From: Haliotis rubra
Taxonomy: Eukaryota
Direction: 5' to 3'
DNA length: 64,000 bases
Assembly (NCBI RefSeq): GCF_003918875.1
Contig: NW_025767191.1
Span: 2,914,001 to 2,978,000, forward strand
The number at the start of each line of letters is the position of its first letter. The first letter of the stretch is position 1. This document shows positions 35,923 to 50,600 of the stretch, piece after piece. Position numbers and translations under genes: made by a program. The notes beneath the pieces are model-generated. The model was given only the letters and a program-made list of their open reading frames with translations. It had not been told where the DNA came from and ran no database searches.

Positions 35923-36481
35923 CGGCTAACATGGCGCTGTTTTCACCCAACTCTAACATGGGAGCCAACAAGATTGGGTTTGGGGCTTTTTTTGGATGGT
36001 GATATGTTTGATAAAGGAATGTGTTAAATGTGTTTCTGGACTTTATGTTTGCAATGTTCCAGCGTTGTTTTGAGTCTGATCATGTTTTTGACAACGTTTG
36101 TATTTTTCCGGTCGTGTGGACCATGGCGTGTCTTGTTGTCCGTACTGTCGTAACTGGCGTTTGGGTGTTAGTAAACGCTACCACAGTTACTTATTGATTA
36201 TGGTCGTTCCACCTTGTCAGTGGAGATGTAAGCTCCAGCTCTGCACTCGCTTGGTCCATGGGGAATGCTCAGTCAAGGAGTGAGGGGTCGGGCAACCGTG
36301 ACTCCTAACTAACTACATCACATTCCTGTACTGGCCTACACACATTCAAGGATAAACGCAACACCAAGTTCTATACTCACATAGGTTTACTGTCTCTCAG
36401 TCCATATCTCTCCAAGTACAGCTTCAACACAAGAAAGTACTTAGTAAAGTGGGAACTTAGTAAAGTGGATTGGCTTCCGAA

Positions 36482-36659
36482 NNNNNNNNNNNNNNNNNNN
36501 NNNNNNNNNNNNNNNNNNNNNNNNNNNNNNNNNNNNNNNNNNNNNNNNNNNNNNNNNNNNNNNNNNNNNNNNNNNNNNNNNNNNNNNNNNNNNNNNNNNN
36601 NNNNNNNNNNNNNNNNNNNNNNNNNNNNNNNNNNNNNNNNNNNNNNNNNNNNNNNNNNN
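36482..36659. other. Assembly gap
   Basis: Run of N. Confidence 1.
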
Positions 36660-39600
36660 ATGAGACGAGCCTGACCTTATCTTTATCACATATTTCAACA
36701 TATCGTTTCGATTCGTTAATAACTGTATCTGTCCTTTCACTCATCTGTATTATAATTAGAGGGGTCTCGGACAGCACCGTTCAGTGACTCCCCTTTCCAG
36801 TGATTTGCTACTTCCGTCTCCACCCTTTAACTCCTGTATTTCGTAACTTTCCTCCTTGCCTCACGAAAGTTTAACCAAGTTCATATCTCAATGTTTATCT
36901 TTCTCTTATTCCCGACTTTCTGTCTCCACTATGTGTTTAACCGTTCTTAGTCATGAGCCAAAGGTTATCAGTTCTGAGTCATACTGCTAATCGAAATACG
37001 GAATCTGCTGGAAATCTCTAAGTAATGCTTTAGGGATGCATTTTCACCTTATAACAGTACTTTGAGACAAGCAGTGTATCGCTAATTCGCCCGTACTGAT
37101 ACGCTTCCTCTCGGACCTCACAACAAAGTTAACATGTTTTGTTTATATGTCTATCGTTTAACGCCGTACACAGCACATATTGGAGCTATACGACGATGGA
37201 TTGTACAAACATCGCGTCAAACCAAACAATCCAGAGGTCAAAATGATGAGCGAAGATTGTCTTAACTGGGATATTATGAGAATTGGTAATGTAAAAATAG
37301 AATAACATACAATCAGTGATTTCTTCACGAACAACTACCACAATTACCCCCATCCCAACCCGCCTTGACATAATCAACTTTTTTTAACTTACACAGCTTT
37401 TATTTGTAAGAAGACATAATGATATAATAGCTTCTTGTCCAAATTTCTTGTTTTCAAATTGATTCGAGATTGAAGGAAACGTACGTAAAAGCTATCTGAA
37501 GGCACTTCCAGATAACAATTTCTCTTGACAAAAGGACACTGTTGTGTTGCAGTGTGCGTAAATTACACGTCGAAATGAAAGCCATGTATACATATGCAAA
37601 GGTAGGACTATATTTTATATTACACCCGGGTAGAAATGTCCACAGCGACGGAGAAAGTTTAGGTAAGACATTTTTCTAACATTTAACGCCGGAATGAAAA
37701 TTCTGGGCGGGCGAGAGATGGGAAACATCCTGATGAAATTGCCGATCTTAAAGCCTCATGCATTCTTATTCAACCAAGATATACATGCATCCAGGTAATT
37801 ATGAATGTCAACCTGTGACGAAGCCACAAATGATTAGGCACGAATTTGAGTCTTTTAATAATTACATATACCCATTACTGAAACGTTACCTGAAAGCGAA
37901 GACTGGATATGGGCATATGCGAACAAGTGTCAATGGGCCGGAGTACACTGACAAAGTCAATAACAACTGGAGAACATTTTAGTTAAGCCTATTTACACGC
38001 TTGTAAAACTTTTAAAACCTGAAACTGTGCAAAACGTAGTAATTCGTTTAATTTACATGAAAAGGTCAAACTGTCTTCTACGCAACGATTATTGAATCAT
38101 ATGGGATTTAATGCAATGTATAATTAATTAATTACCACATAAGTCTTTTGGTTGGACATCACTGATATAACATATTTCTACCTCATCGCACAACGATTTC
38201 ATATGTAATCATTGCGACTAACAGAACCGGATGGTCAGACTCACTGACATTTATTGAGTTTATCATATAACCAGGAACATTTGTTTGGCCCATCTTATTC
38301 ATACATTGACTAAGATGTTTGACCCATTGATGAGATATTAAAACTATCAATTTTTTTAATGAAGATAAAATAAGTTGCGTTATCTATGACGGTACTTGCA
38401 TGTAGTCTTGTATGCATTTAGAAAATATAGAATCATGTGCTTTGAGCAAATGAAACGGGAACAAAATAAGGGATTAAAGGGGATTATCACGCCCCAGTGA
38501 GCTCTTCTACTGAAACAATAGGAGTTGGGTAAGTGGGAGGATCCCAATGAAACTGTTATCTCTCATTTCGTTTTTCTCACATGGGCAGTTTGACGGAATA
38601 TTTCAATGGTTCGAAATTTAGCTGAGTTGAATTTAAATACGTTGAATTATGTGTGCATGCTTGCAATTGCAAAACAAAAAAGTGTGTTTTAAGGAAATAA
38701 AAATATTTGTCGGGGATGGGCGCCATATTTGTATATAATAATTTTGATAATTAATAATCATATGAATAAATATAAAGATATTGTTCTAAATTAGACCGTC
38801 GCTGTCAACAGAAGTACTCTAGAGTTCTTGACAAAACTAATTTAACTCATTTTTTCACTTAATTTATTAATGATGTTTATCGCTTAGATATTTAAATTGT
38901 GGTAAAAAAATAAATGCTTTGAAATTCCTTAAAAGAGTTAAAACATTGCAAACAGAACCTATCTGATGGAAGAGTTAGTGGTTTGTTAGTATACTGCAAA
39001 AACTCGGCGCTGGTCTCTAAAATTTATATTGGTAGCATTAAAAGGAATTTAAAGTGTCTTATTGTCATTTAACTACTTGCGATCATTTAGTAAAATGATT
39101 TTCCAATTATTAACATTATCGTGTAGGCATGCTTAAGAAAGTCTCTTTAGTAAATCTTGAACGTAGGACATGTTCAGCAGTGTAACTACTATTCTACTAT
39201 CTATTCTCGCTCAAGATTTACAGTTTATATTTTTGCCAGTTATATCACTTAGAGCGTACTGTAAAAATATGCGTTTAAACTTCACCTTCGGTGAATTTTA
39301 TGAAAGAAATAGATGAAACATTATATAATTTGTGTTCATAATGATAAGAGACCACTAAAAGGCCTTTAAAAGACATCTAGGCTCATTTAAAATTAAATAA
39401 AATATCTCATTTTGCAGAAATACTACACAAATTATCCCGTCTTCGTTCAAAATCCCAGCAGTTATTAATAGAACACATTCCTCGAGTGAACGTGAAGGTC
39501 GTAACGCCTGGGCGAACACAACGCCCTATACATGTATTCTCCTTTAAAAGGCAATGGTGTAACTGAACGTTTCACTGTCAGGTTCGATGCAAATTTCTCT

Positions 39601-40098
39601 TTTGTGACCGTAGATTCAGTTTCAAACCCCACCCTGGTAGACAGGGGACCAGGTAGCGTACGTTGAGTAAGAAAGAAGGACGATATGTTGGCTTTATTCC
39701 GGAGCTGTATAGAGAAGGCTTGATAGCTTGTTCAGTCTCGTTCGTGTCAATCGTGTTACTGTTATTACATTGCCGTACCTGTCGGGCCGTATGCCCCAGC
39801 ACGCAATCTTATGTCATGTGACCTAAGCCAAGCGTCCCTTGTATTCATGTACCTGGGTTCCACTGGCTGAAAGTAATATATCAGTGGGGTTTGTTTAGAC
39901 TGTATGTTTGCATTCGGATAGCTCAGAGCGCGACGTCGTGTCAACCGACATTCGCACAAGAAGGATATACCTGTTCATTTCTGATAGGGATTTCTGAACA
40001 GGATTTCAGTCAGGTAAGAGGCGGTGTTCGACACATCTAACTTAGAAGGAAATTAACACATCATAAACCGTTGTCTTGTGATATTACTAATACTTTTG

Positions 40099-40313
40099 GA
40101 CCCGTGAAGATCCGGATTAGAATTTGTCTTCAGCAGCCCATGCTTGTCGTAAGAGGCGACAAACGGGGTCGGGTGGTCAGGCTCGCTGACTTGGTTGATA
40201 CATGTCATCGTATTTCAATTGCGTAGATCGATCAACATGATGTCAGTCACTGGATTGTCTGGTCCAGACCCGAATAACTGGAATATTCCTAAGTGCTGCG
40301 TTAAACAACAAAC
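40099..40313 (+). mobile_element. SINE family B
   Basis: GACCCGTGAAGATCCGGATTAGAATT...GCGTTAAACAACAAAC. Confidence 0.88.
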
Positions 40314-41649
40314 ACAGTTTCACCGTTTCTCTCTGGTCAACTCACAGGCTTGCTCCTATTTATGCCATCAAAATTTCCTTTCAATTTTCTAAATGAAATT
40401 TATGAAGACGATGCGCCCAGTAGGAAGCAATTATCACATACATGTGGATAATGTTTGTTATTTGATTACACAAATAACAAATAGATTTGCCCACAAAACG
40501 CCACCAAAACAACAGCCAATCCAGCGTTGTAGCTGACAAGCCATAATTACTTAATTTAGCATGTACATTATATCTACAATGTTAAAAACAGTTTACCAGG
40601 TCCAAGGTCAAACCCTCGCCTTGACATGTGCAGTACACATAGCATAAGAGCAGTTAGATGCTAGTTGTATTCACTGCACACGTTCAACGCTGTAGTTACG
40701 GCCGTCGAATACCGACGACTACAGCAACTGACATGAGTATGCATAACTTGATATAGTCCGACATTTTCAGGGCAGGGTAGTTCGTGTTTGATACTTTGGG
40801 GCGTCTGTATGTTAAAGTATGTGATCAACGTACTATCGTAATTAAATTTCATCATACACAAAGACAAGAGGAGGTCCAAAACCATAACCTCATCGTCATC
40901 ATGGTACATTTGTTTGTCCTGCAGTGGGTATATGGCATAGTTTGTTGACAAGTGATTTTCTTTCTTACCTTTAGTAGTCATACAGTCATAAAGAGGTTAT
41001 CACGTGAGTAGTTATAGGATGTTATACATCCATTATTATACATGCATAGCGTATTTTCTTAATACAGCACATTTCCCATCCAAACCACAAAAGCTTGATA
41101 ACGACTTCTTCACACAATATCAATTTTAGAACTTAATATATATTACGTCAGGATGTCAATGATTTGATAATCAGACAGTGACATCAATTAAAATAGTTCC
41201 AATCAATGCCAAATTGTGGACTCCTGGCGAAAGTACGGGTAGGGAAAGTAACAATTGACTGCACACATGTTTTCTATTTGACTTTCGAGACAGGCCATCG
41301 ATCCGCCAACTCGAGTAACTGCCCTTTATCAAAGGGAAGTTACTCCAACTACAGTGTACGAAGGCGTCGTATTATTACAGTTAAACGCTTTTAATATTTA
41401 ACTTGTTAAAGAATTACTCGAAGTTAAGACGTTATGGCTTTCTTTTGCATGATATTATGTACAACGGCAATTGAGCACATGTGATTTATCAAAACATAAT
41501 TTCATAACTAACATTAAACCGAAACAGCAATACTATTCTCTTAGTTGTTAAATTGTTATTGTTAAATTGGTCATATTTCTGTTTTTTATTATAGTCAGTT
41601 AGTCGGCGGACTTTAAAATACGAGCGACTACTGAAGATTAGACAAAGGG

Positions 41650-44600
41650 ATGGCATCCACTAACGTATCTGACGGAACCGGAAGCGCGTTTGCGAATGCG
41701 GGTGTGGGCACGGTAGACCTCGTTGTCATCATAATATATTTGTTCGTCTGTCTTGCAGTTGGTATATGGGTAAGTATTAGCATTGTTTGATAACAAGTAC
41801 TTTCCTTTTACAAGCTACAGGCTGTCAGGAATTTGGTAGTTGCATTCAATTTGTCTTAATCGATGCTGATGGTTTCAAGCACTGGATTGTCTAGACCAGG
41901 CTCTAATTTTCCAATTGCTGTCCTGTTACTTAATGGGTTGTGGGTCAGAATAGTTCCCCAGTACCACATGCCTGTCTACTTGTTTGGCCTGTGGATCAGA
42001 ATTGATCCTATTTGTATCTAAACATGAATCCCTGGTCAAGATGACCATGAGTGGCGACTAAAGCGGTACCGTGTAGTCAGATTCGGTCAAGTGGTTGTCT
42101 GGGTATCATCGTGCGTCAACTACTGTCTTGACTGTTCCACACTCATATTTACACGGTGGTGTTGTATATTTATTGAATGTAGCTGACTGCCATGTAAAAC
42201 AATGAAAATAAATGTTGAACTGTCCGCCAAAGGATTGGTTGGTTTGTTGATTAACGCCGCACTCAGCAGTATTCCAGCTATATGGCGGCTATCCGAAAAG
42301 TCTGGACCAGATAATCTAATGATCAACAGCATGACCAAAGGACCGTAGTACACGTAAAATGATTGAAATTGAAAGCGATACAAATTTACATTTTGACAGT
42401 AGACGGTGTATCAATCGCATAGAAACTAGTCATTTTTACATCAGTATTCAGAATTTGTTTACTGGTGGATAGAACGTATATTTAGATGATGTACATCAGG
42501 ATAGAATGTATATTTAGATGATGTACATCAGGATAGAATGTATATTTAGATGATATACATCAGGATAGAACGTATATTTAGATGATATACATCAGGATAG
42601 AATGTATATTTAGATGATGTACATCAGGATAGAATGTATATTTTGATGATATACATCAGGATAGAATGTATATTTAGATGATATACATCAGGATAGAACG
42701 TATATTTAGATGATATACATCAGGATAGAATGTATATTTAGATGATGTACATCAGGATAGAATGTATATTTAGATGATGTACATTAGGATAGAACGTATA
42801 TTTAGATGATGTACATTAGGATAGAATGTATGTTTAGATGATATACATCAGGATAGAACGTATATTTAGATGATGTACATTAGGATAGAACGTATATTTA
42901 GATGATGTACATCAGGATAGAACGTATATTTAGATGATATACATCAGGATAGAATGTATATTTAGATGATGTACATCAGGATAGAATGTATATTTAGATG
43001 ATATACATTAGGATAGAATGTATATTTAGATGATATACATCAGGATAGAATGTATATTTAGATGATATACATCAGGATAGAATGTATATTTAGATGATAT
43101 ACATCAGGATAGAACGTATATTTAGATGATATACATCAGGATAGAATGTATATTTAGATGATGTACATCAGGATAGAATGTATATTTAGATGATGTACAT
43201 TAGGATAGAATGTATGTTTAGATGATATACATCAGGATAGAATGTATATTTAGATGATGTACATTAGGATAGAACGTATATTTAGATGATGTACATTAGG
43301 ATAGAATGTATGTTTAGATGATGTACATTAGGATAGAATGTATATTTAGATGATGTACATTAGGATAGAACGTATATTTAGATGATGTACATTAGGATAG
43401 AATGTATATTTAGATTATGTACATTAGGATAGAATGTATATTTAGATGATGTACATTAGGATAGAATGTATATTTAGATGATGTTCATTAGGATAGAATG
43501 TATATTTTGATGATGTACATTAGGATAGAATGTATATTTAGATGATGTACATTAGGATAGAATGTATATTTAGATGGTGTACATTAGGATAGAATATATA
43601 TTTAGATGATGGCCATTATGTGCACACATGAATAGGAAGTGATATTCATCTTCAATATTACGTTTGTCACACATTGGACATACCTGTTTCTCAGTGACAT
43701 AAAATATATATAAAAATAATCTAAATCATTAGAACGTATTAACCACACTACACACAGTATTGTATTGTTTAAACACTGAATACGATTATAAACTTTCCAT
43801 ACTGAATATCTCTGGTCCATTCTTGTTTAGAATTAACTTTACCTGAGCTCAGTGACTACTGACATTCAAAACTATAACAACAACATAGTCTATAGTTAGT
43901 ATTTCATCTGTTAGCTGTTCTCACTTTCAGGCGACATGGCGGACACAGCGTGGAAGCGTCAGTGGTTACTTTCTGGCAGGGAGGGACATGCTTTGGTTTG
44001 CGGTGAGTGCCATTCTCAGATCTTATCTTGTACCAAATAGGAAACTTCACGAACCGAACACGTCGGTGTCATCACATTGATTATCTTCTACGTGTAATTT
44101 GAGTCTTAAATTCAGCGACCGCTGCCATATAGCTGGAGTATTGCTGAGTGCGGCGTAAAACTAAACTCACTCACTCACTTAAATTCAGCAACGGATTCTT
44201 GGGCTTCCGGATATTATCCCGTTGTGCAGCGAGAGTAGCGCTGAACACAAACCAAACTAGTGGAGATTATAGCGCACAAGTATATTTTGATTGTGCGCAG
44301 AAATCACCGACCCATGTTTTTAAAATTGGAACGCCGTTTCCTATTAAGGGCCTATTTAGCTGAAGATAAAATGGGTGACACTGTTGTGATATTGCACCTC
44401 AATTGTTGCAGCAGCCCGTGTCCCATAAAACTGAAACGAATCATCGAGACTATTTATTTTACCAAGACAGCTGTGTGTGTTCTAACACTTATTATGTGAA
44501 AACAAACCATTTGAAGATTATAAGGGCGAGAGAAGTTATAGTTATGATAAAAATTGTATGGTGAGGGGTATAAGTATGTCCATTTTATCAGTGTTAAAAA

Positions 44601-47600
44601 CATCTTCATCGAGTTGTGATCATGTGGTTATACTTCCGGGTTGGGTCAACAATCAGGTGACAGCTAACTGCTAAAAAATACGCGTATTTTCAAAGCGCTA
44701 TTGGCCTATTTTGAAATGCACATACTGCTGAACATCAGAGCGTGCAAGCTGGACCTTGGCCAGGGTGTAACCATGTTGTCAAAAGTCAAGGACGCTGTTA
44801 TTGCTTGCAAAATAAATATTTGTATTAGATTTAAAATGTGACAAGATAACCGGGATTCTTCATGTCACACTGGGGCGATGGGGTATCTTAGTGGTTAAAG
44901 CGTTCGCTCGTCACGCCGAAGACCCGGGTTCGATTCCGCATATGGGTACAATGTGTGGAAGCCCATTTCCGGTGTCCACCGCCGTGATATTGCTGGAATA
45001 TTGTAAACTTAAATTCACTCACTCACTCACTCACTCACTTCATGTCACATACTTGAAAATGTTTATTGTTATGTTTGATACAAAGCCAAAGTATTGTAGT
45101 GGTGAGTGTGTATGGTTTTAAGCCACTTTAATATTCCAGCATTATCACGGCGGGGGACACCAGAAATGGGCTTCACAAATTGTAGTTAGAATACTTGACG
45201 CGTATATGCGGTTTTTATGCATCAAAATAACTTAGCTCTTCTTTGAAGCTTACACATTCATCCCTACATTACTTTTATTCATCGAGCTGGGCAGTATGCA
45301 GGCAGAGTGTGTTTCAAAAGATCCTTATATTAACATAACATTGTTGAGGCAGTAAGCGAGTGACAATGTATTATACAGTTGTGCCTTTCCGCGCAAGTCA
45401 CGGCGGCCTTGAACTAACATTCGCGTTAAAATGAGGTTGATATGAGGTCATCTGAAGACGTTGCTGGGTTATTGAAAGGGGGCATGCCTCTCGATGTGAC
45501 ACCATCATCCAATTCGGCGTTATATGGAAGTATCCTGGTTGGTTGTTGGTACACATAGGTTAATGTCTTGTGGCATGAACACAAGGCGTGTTCTGTAATT
45601 TATCTGTAGTCTATGTCAGGGTTAACTGAAGACCATAACTCATACATATGTACGTGAACATCAATTTGAAACAATGGACGATTACTCCCCGTATCTCACG
45701 GTGGCCGATATTTGTGTGTCTTGGGATTACTAGACGTGTTGTCGTTTGGAATAAACTGTATACATTATGCTGGTATATCCGTATGATAATTTTGACGTAT
45801 CATCGCTAGGGTACGGTGGATGATATGTAATATATGGTTCTGCCATGTTGATACAGTCCAAATAGATAAGGGTCTATACCTTAACTCAACCTCAGTCACA
45901 TAAATTGCATGGTATAAACCTTTGTTTGATGCTGGCTAAACGAAACAAACAAGATCATTCGAAAGTGAAGAGAGTCGTACGAATATAATAGTTGAGGGGG
46001 GCGGTGGGGTAGCGTTCGCTCGTCACGCCAAAGACCCGGGTTCGATTCCCCACATGGGTACAATGTGTGAAGCCCATTTCTGGTGTCCCCCGCCGTGATT
46101 TTGCTGGAATATTGCTAAAAGAAGCGTAAAACTAAACTCACTCACTATAATAGTTGCGTTTCGTGATCAAAGCATGCAGTGTTATAGAAAATGTTTCAAC
46201 CAAGCAATCGACAGCACACGAACTCAGCCACCGAGCCTATGGGTTACAAAATACCAGATATTTTAACATTGACTTCTATAGTAACGTTATATTTTTTTTA
46301 ATTATAGATATCAACAGCTGCTATTACATGTACATGTGTGCATAGGCTGGCCTTAAAGAAGCAGTACAAGTATAAAATATCAACAACTCAGGCTATTGCT
46401 TTTCCGAGTACTGGAAGCTAACCAGACCAACACCAGTTCCACACAAAATGTCAACTGCTTGAAAGTGACATTCACATTCAGTATACGTCATCAATAAATC
46501 AAGACAGCATTAAATATTTTAAAATATGGTCAGTTTTAATTACTGGATGGATGTAAATTTTAAAAGAACACAAAATCCTTCCACAAAATCACCCAATCAC
46601 AGTTGTCAGATGATTCAGTCTGCACTGAAAGGTGCTTGTTAAAATATGGATTCTGATTTGGTGTAGTGTGACCTATGACAAATAGAAAGTCCGACAACTC
46701 GTTATCTAGATTACGCACTTCGTGTGCTGTTGATTAGATAACTCACTTAAAGAATGTTGGTTCGAATCCCAGATGGGTCTTCTTTTTACTTGATTGAGAA
46801 AGCTTAATCCAAAATTGTAACATTTGACACATTTGGCCTATGCTTAATATTATTTTACTCCCCACACACATATGTACACACACACATACACAATTATTTC
46901 AAGATCCATAACTTTTGATTCCCTAGGTTGAATACACTGTATTCAAACAAGTATTTTCTATAACTCCCCTCTTTTGTCGTTCGTGTCGATCGTCTTACAT
47001 GTTTTCGAATAAAGTGTGTGACTTGGTTTAAGGGTAACGCGACAAAACAGATCATGGAAATCTGAACGGTCAATATTTGTTATATAGGTTTGACTCACGA
47101 TGGTGCTCTAGATTTTTTAAAATATACTGTTCAAATAAAGGGAACAGAACATGATATGAGGGATACACAATATATATGGGAATACATGGAGTTTAGTATT
47201 TCGGCGTTATTCCTAGTCCTTAGACTGTCTGTATACATTCCTGTTATTGAGGTTACCCGAAAAAGACGATGTCGAATGACTCAGCAAACGGGCGTGCTGT
47301 GAGATGTTTGGTAAAGAACATAACACGCGGCAAAAGGATGGAGCGTTTCATGAGACGTGTGAAGTTCAAGTTCCCAAAGGTCAAGGTGCAATCAAACTGG
47401 AATGCTCAGTCAAACTCGATTTAGAATGTTAATCAAACTCGAAAGATCAATCAAACTCGAATGCTCGGTATAAACACTCTTTAAGGATAACAAGTTATTA
47501 TATTTCGTAAGTGCTACCTGTTGATTCAGGAATGACAACGGTTTATCCATAAAGTGAGTCTTTATTCTACTTCCCAGTTTCTTTAATGCCACTCAAAGAA

Positions 47601-50600
47601 ATTATCGAATACTCAGTTGGAAGACTTGAATGATTCATAATTTCTGCACGCGGGTAGATCCAGTGCTGAATAAGTGAGTGGCTGTGAACTGTATCAGTTC
47701 TATGTATCAGTTTAATGCAGGGGGAAGACCCGAAGTGATGCAGCTCTTTACAATGGTAACATCCACAAACACGAGAATGGTGCTGACAAAGTTACGTTGA
47801 GATATAATCATTTCGAACCCGCACTATTGAGTAACAAATGATAAAAAAACAATCATGACCTAAATAACGTATTTTCTCCCGCAATATATAAATTCTTGTG
47901 ACGAGAAATGTAACCTGTATCATCCATCTGTCTGTCTTCACGGATGCTTCAGTCAGATATTCACGGTAATGTTCACTAGACAGATTTTGTAAAGGTTCAG
48001 TTTCGCTTTGAAATATGATTTCGCACTAGTAAGAATTTTGGCATTTCCAGGAAGAGGAAACGGAGTCGAATACATACTAGAGAATTTAGCATTTGGTAAT
48101 CCATACGGCTTAGGCGGGCATTTTAGGATGGTTGATACAGTTTTATGACTTAAATCATAAGACATCAATGTGAAAAGACTATATTAGCAAAATGGTAAAA
48201 ATCGGAATCTACCGAAATTCCACTGAAGCGCGTCAAATTCAACAGTCATTAGAATACGAGGACAAATGCCATTCCCAACTTTTCGTCCCTACTTACAATC
48301 ATTCACGGCGTTTATCAGGACCATTTTGTTTCCAGATTGGAGCATCTCTGTTTTCCAGCAACATTGGCAGCGGCAGCTTCATCGGCCTCGCAGGAACAGG
48401 AGCGGCGTCGGGAATTGCCGTCGCAAGTTATGAACTTAATGTAGGTTAATGTAGATCAGCCATCCTCAAACATTGACGGGAGATTATATTTAATGTCTTT
48501 CAACATTGTTTCCGTTATAAACATGACGGTGACCGAATATAGTTGTATAGTGAAATATTTTCTCTTAAATTGTATTTTTTTTTCCTTTTTGTGTGTGTGT
48601 GTTCTTGGACAAACAACAAAGGAGACAGACACTGCACTTCAAATTGAAGTCATAAATAACTCTTCTTGTGTTCATTAAGACGAAACCAGTGGAATTCGAT
48701 TATTGACTATATGAAATATTATTTCCGCACAGTTTTAATGGGGGTTTTTACATTAAACTTTGATACAAGGCCTACCGTGTCCAGCAAACGTTTTTTCAAA
48801 AATCAAGTTAAATTATTTTTTGCCAGGATTTATTTTCTTCTACAAAAAGTGAAACATTTTTTTGGTCAAAAACAAGTGAAATTACCTTTTGCCACGATTT
48901 ATTTTCTTTTGATTAGAAGTGAAGTTCGTTCATTCAAGGTTCCTTTCAAAAATGCGATGTGAATACAAGAGAACCTTTTCGCTGACAATAGTTGTGACAA
49001 TCTCCTTCCAGGGCCTGTTCTGCCTGCTGCTGCTAGCCTGGTTGTTTGTCCCTGTGTATATAGCAAGCGGGGTATGTATGCGTATCGGGGATGGCATTTG
49101 TGTGGTAAACCCTCACACGTGCAGGATTATGTCTACAGAGTAATAGATTGGCGTAAAACGACATGGATGTCACAGAGGGCTTACTTAACTTGTGCATAGT
49201 TCCTATGACCTGCAACAGTCTTATCCTTGTTAAGTATGTTTCTTGGTGTGAAGCACAACGTCTACATGAAGGACCGATATATCTTATTTTTGGTTGCTTT
49301 GTATCTTCTTTAAAAACTGATGCCCTGCAATTTCGCTCCAATTATACGGTCGCTGCTCAGAGTTTGAAAGTGGAAAATAAATATAATTTACAAAACGAGT
49401 CAAAACCATAAGTGAGCGTTGGGCTTCCATTTTTACTAAGTTGTCACATCACCATAAATCGTAAAAGATACTCACAGCATGAGAAAAATGTTAATTATGA
49501 CGGTTACCTTTTTCTTTCAATATATACAAATATATTTGTCTGAGTTAAAAAATGAAAATGCCATGAATATTCTGAAATGTTTAAACAATGTTAATTTTAT
49601 TGTATTATTTCATTTATCTTTGTACCAATGTGTAAGAGGTAAACAAACATTTCTGCTCTGCTGGGAATCCTGGGTACACATACGGCAGGCAAGGTTACTG
49701 ATGCATAGGTGTTCGATAATTCTTATACAAAATGTGTAGCTTATACTCAGACTTTGGCTTCAGCAGCTTATGAAATCACCCATGAACACATGCGTGTCAT
49801 CCACCACGCGTGTCTTTCACAGGTTTACACCTTACCGGAGTATTTGATGCGGCGCTTTGGAGGTCAACGGTTACAGGTTTACATGGCGGTGTTGTCTCTG
49901 ATCATCTATGTCTTCACCAAAATATCAGTAAGTGCCCAGATGGCAGTCATTGAATAATAAATATATCCGAACATAACATAGGCAGAGAAAACAAATCATG
50001 TCTGAAGATGTGTGAAAACGAAAATGGATACGAATAAACATGTTGGTTAATGCATTGCTTGGTTGGTAATGTTGGATACCAAATGGCACAAGTCAGCCAA
50101 ACAGCCATACACTAAGGGCTCAGAACATATAGAGTCATGCGTTATTGCTTAAGGGTTTTATATATAAAAGGTGCCATTCGTGGCCAGGTCATCTAACGCG
50201 CCGAAAATCTCTTCGACGAGTTACGTCCCTTAGGTGTGGCAGTATCTCTTGATTGGTTATCATCATGTTTACGGTTTTCGGTTGGTCATGTCATGCAGTA
50301 CAAATTCGTATGATCTCTCTTGAGCAGAATGACTTCGTGCGCCAGGTCCACTGAACTCTAGGCTGATAATGTGTGTGACTCACTGATCTCTCGTGCACGT
50401 AGAGTAACATGAGAGCTTTATAAATTACTTCTTATATATGTAGACTATCATGAGTGCATTACAGTCACTTCCGTTATCTGTAGATTGACATGAGTGTATT
50501 ATAACGACTTCCTTTACGTACACATGAGCATTAATCAACCTCCACTTTTCGCATATTGGTACGGACACACAAAATGCTGTTGTGTATGCATTGAAAACAA

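Noticed and set aside
36146-36700. Possible solo LTR (TG...CA) around the gap
   Set aside because: No matching target-site duplication found and the centre is unsequenced.
42467-43611. CRISPR-like array of 32-bp repeats
   Set aside because: Units are contiguous with no unique spacers, there are no cas genes, and it lies in a eukaryotic intron.
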